Below are positions 61,101 through 64,000 of a stretch of DNA of 64,000 bases, one piece after another. The number at the start of each line of letters is the position of its first letter. Position 1 is the stretch's first letter. The stretch comes from Tubulanus polymorphus (taxonomy: Eukaryota; Animalia; Nemertea). A program made the position numbers and the translations under genes. The notes under the pieces are model-generated. The model made no database searches and was not told the DNA's origin. It saw only the letters and a list, made by a program, of their open reading frames with translations. The DNA lies in assembly GCF_964204645.1 (NCBI RefSeq), contig NC_134031.1:12881607-12945606 (forward strand). Reading direction: 5' to 3'.

Positions 61101-64000
61101 GCGCTCAAATCGTCAGGAAAAGCACTTTTCGACGCGAAAACGTCGTTCAGCGCTAGAAAAAACGTTTTCCTTTCAAATATTCCCCCTATCGGAAAAACGA
61201 CAATGTCGATGCGTAAAAGCGCTCAAATCGTCAGGAAAAGCACATTTCGACGCGAAAACGTCGTTCAGCGCGAGAAAAGACGTTTTCGTATCAAATATTT
61301 CCCCTATGGGAAAAACGACAATGTCGATGCGTAAAAGCGCTCACATCGTCAGGAAAAGCACTTTTCGACCCGAAAACGTCGTTCAGCGCTAGAAAAGACG
61401 TTTTCGTTTCAAATATTCCCCCTATCGGAAAACGACAATGTCGATGCGTAAAAGCGCTCAAATCGTCAGGAAAAGCACTTTTCGACGCGAAAACGTCGTT
61501 CAGCGCGAGAAAAGACGTTTTCGTATCAAATATTCCCCCTATGGGAAAAACGACAATGTCGATGCGTAAAAGCGCTCAAATCGTCAGGAAAAGCACTTTT
61601 CAACCCGAAAACGTCGTTCAGCGCTAGAAAAGACGTTTTCGTATCAAATATTCCCCTTATGGGAAAAACGACAATGTCGATGCGTAAAAGCGCTCAAATC
61701 GTCAGGAAAAGCACTTTTCGACGCGAAAACGTCGTTCAGCGCGAGAAAAGACGTTTTCGTATCAAATATTCCCCCTATGGGAAAAACGACAATGTCGATG
61801 CGTAAAAGCGCTAAAATCGTCAGGAAAAGCACTTTTCGACCCGAAAACGTCGTTCAGCGCTAGAAAAGACGTTTTCCTTTCAAATATTCCCCCTATCGGA
61901 AAAACGACAATGTCGATGCGTAAAAGCGCTCAAATCGTCAGGAAAAGCACATTTCGACGCGAAAACGTCGTTCAGCGCGAGAAAAGACGTTTTCGTATCA
62001 AATATTTCCCCTATGGGAAAAACGACAATGTCGATGCGTAAAAGCGCTCAAATCGTCAGGAAAAGCACTTTTCGACCCGAAAACGTCGTTCAGCGCTAGA
62101 AAAGACGTTTTCCTTTCAAATATTCCCCCTATCGGAAAAACGACTATGTCGATGCGTAAAAGCGCTCAAATCGTCAGGAAAAGCACATTTCGACGCGAAA
62201 ACGTCGTTCAGCGCGAGAAAAGACGTTTTCGTATCAAATATTTCCCCTATGGGAAAAACGACAATGTCGATGCGTAAAAGCGTTCAAATCGTCAGGAAAA
62301 GCACTTTTCGACCCGAAAACGTCGTTCAGCGCTAGAAAAGACGTTTTCGTTTCAAATATTCCCCCTATCGGAAAACGACAATGTCGATGCGTAAAAGCGC
62401 TCAAATCGTCAGGAAAAGCACATTTCGACGCGAAAACGTCGTTCAGCGCGAGAAAAGACGTTTTCGTATCAAATATTTCCCCTATGGGAAAAACGACAAT
62501 GTCGATGCGTAAAAGCGCTCAAATCGGCAGGAAAAGCACTTTTCGACCCGAAAACGTCGTTCAGCGCGAGAAAAGACGTTTTCGTATCAAATATTCCCCC
62601 TATCGGAAAAACGACAATGTCGATGCGTAAAAGCGCTCAAATCGTCATGAAAAGCACTTTTCGACCCGAAAACGTCGTTCAGCGCTAGAAAAGACGTTTT
62701 CCTTTCAAATATTCCCCCTATCGGAAAAACGACAATGTCGATGCGTAAAAGCGCTCAAATCGTCAGGAAAAGCACATTTCGACGCGAAAACGTCGTTCAG
62801 CGCGAGAAAAGACGTTTTCTTATCAAATATTTCCCCTATGGGAAAAACGACAATGTCGATGCGTAAAAGCGCTCAAATCGTCAGGAAAAGCACTTTTCGA
62901 CGCGAAAACGTCGTTCAGCGCGAGAAAAGACGTTTTCGTATCAAATATTCCCCCTATCGGAAAAACGACAATGTGGATGCGTAAAAGCGCTCAAATCGTC
63001 ATGAAAAGCACTTTTCGACCCGAAAACGTCGTTCAGCGCTAGAAAAGACGTTTTCCTTTCAAATATTCCCCCTATCGGAAAACGACAATGTCGATGCGTA
63101 AAAGCGCTCAAATCGTCAGGAAAAGCAATTTTCGACCCGAAAACGTCGTTCAGCGCTAGAAAAGACGTTTTCGTTTCAAACAATCCCCCTATCGGAAAAC
63201 GACAATGTCGATGCGTAAAAGCGCTCAAATCGTCAGGAAAAGCACATTTCGACGCGAAAACGTCGTTCAGCGCGAGAAAAGACGTTTTCGTATCAAATAT
63301 TTCCCCTATGGGAAAAACGACAATGTCGATGCGTAAAAGCGCTCAAATCGTCAGGAAAAGCACTTTTCGACCCGAAAACGTCGTTCAGCGCTAGAAAAGT
63401 CGTTTTCGTTTCAAATATTCCCCCTATCGGAAAACGACAATGTCGATGCGTAAAAGCGCTTAAATCGTCAGGAAAAGCACTTTTCGACCCGAAAACGTCG
63501 TTCAGCGCGAGAAAAGACGTTTTCGTATCAAATATTCCCCCTATGGGAAAAACGACAATGTCGATGCGTAAAAGCGCTCAAATCGTCATGAAAAGCACTT
63601 TTCGACCCGAAAACGTCGTTCAGCGCTAGAAAAGTCGTTTTCGTTTCAAATATTCCCCCTATCGGAAAACGACAATGTCGAAGCGTAAAAGCGCTCAAAT
63701 CGTCAGGTAAAGCACTTTTCGACGCGAAAACGTCGTTCAGCGCCAGAAAAGACGTTTTCGTATCAAATATTCCCCCTATGGGAAAAACGACAATGTCGAT
63801 GCGTAAAAGCGCTCAAATCGTCAGGAAAAGCACTTTTCGACCCGAAAACGTCGTTCAGCGAGAGAAAAGACGTTTTCGTATCAAATATTCCCCCTATGGG
63901 AAAAACGACAATGTCGATGCGTAAAATCGCTCAAATCGTCAGGAAAAGCACTTTTCGACCCGAAAACGTCGTTCAGCGCGAGAAAAGACGTTTTCGTATC
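46129..64000. repeat. 118-bp tandem satellite array, right arm (~151 monomers, runs off the window)
   Basis: Same monomer, orientation and phase as the left arm. Confidence 0.99.

Noticed and set aside
46076-63228. ORFs in the right satellite arm, including 46076-46261 spanning the TIR
   Set aside because: Same repeat artefact.
4414-64000. CRISPR-like array
   Set aside because: The repeats are contiguous with no unique spacers, and no cas genes are present.

Overview
This looks like eukaryotic genomic DNA; the host cannot be identified from the sequence. About two-thirds of the window is a CpG-rich 118-bp tandem satellite (4414-28846 and 46129-64000). A full-length 17,282-bp Polinton/Maverick-type endogenous DNA virus (28847-46128) is inserted cleanly into it, with AG...CT termini, ~90-bp TIRs and a 6-bp AATGTC target-site duplication. 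The element encodes a protein-primed PolB, a chromodomain DDE integrase, a packaging ATPase, putative major and minor capsid proteins, a VLTF3-like zinc-finger protein and several small membrane proteins. Five genes each carry one in-frame TAA and one gene carries a frameshift, so this copy is probably beginning to decay. A rearranged, truncated relative lies on the minus strand at ~84-4417. Three features stand out. (1) A 355-aa intein with a LAGLIDADG homing endonuclease sits in the PolB catalytic motif (YFD|TD), and the intein-free allele is present in the second copy. (2) Nearly every gene starts with a T-run/~6-nt spacer/TAAATG motif resembling a poxvirus late promoter, alongside a VLTF3-like gene. 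(3) A second 12-bp motif marks only the three putative early genes. Together these suggest, as inference only, a virophage-like Polinton tied to a large cytoplasmic DNA virus and stored in satellite heterochromatin.
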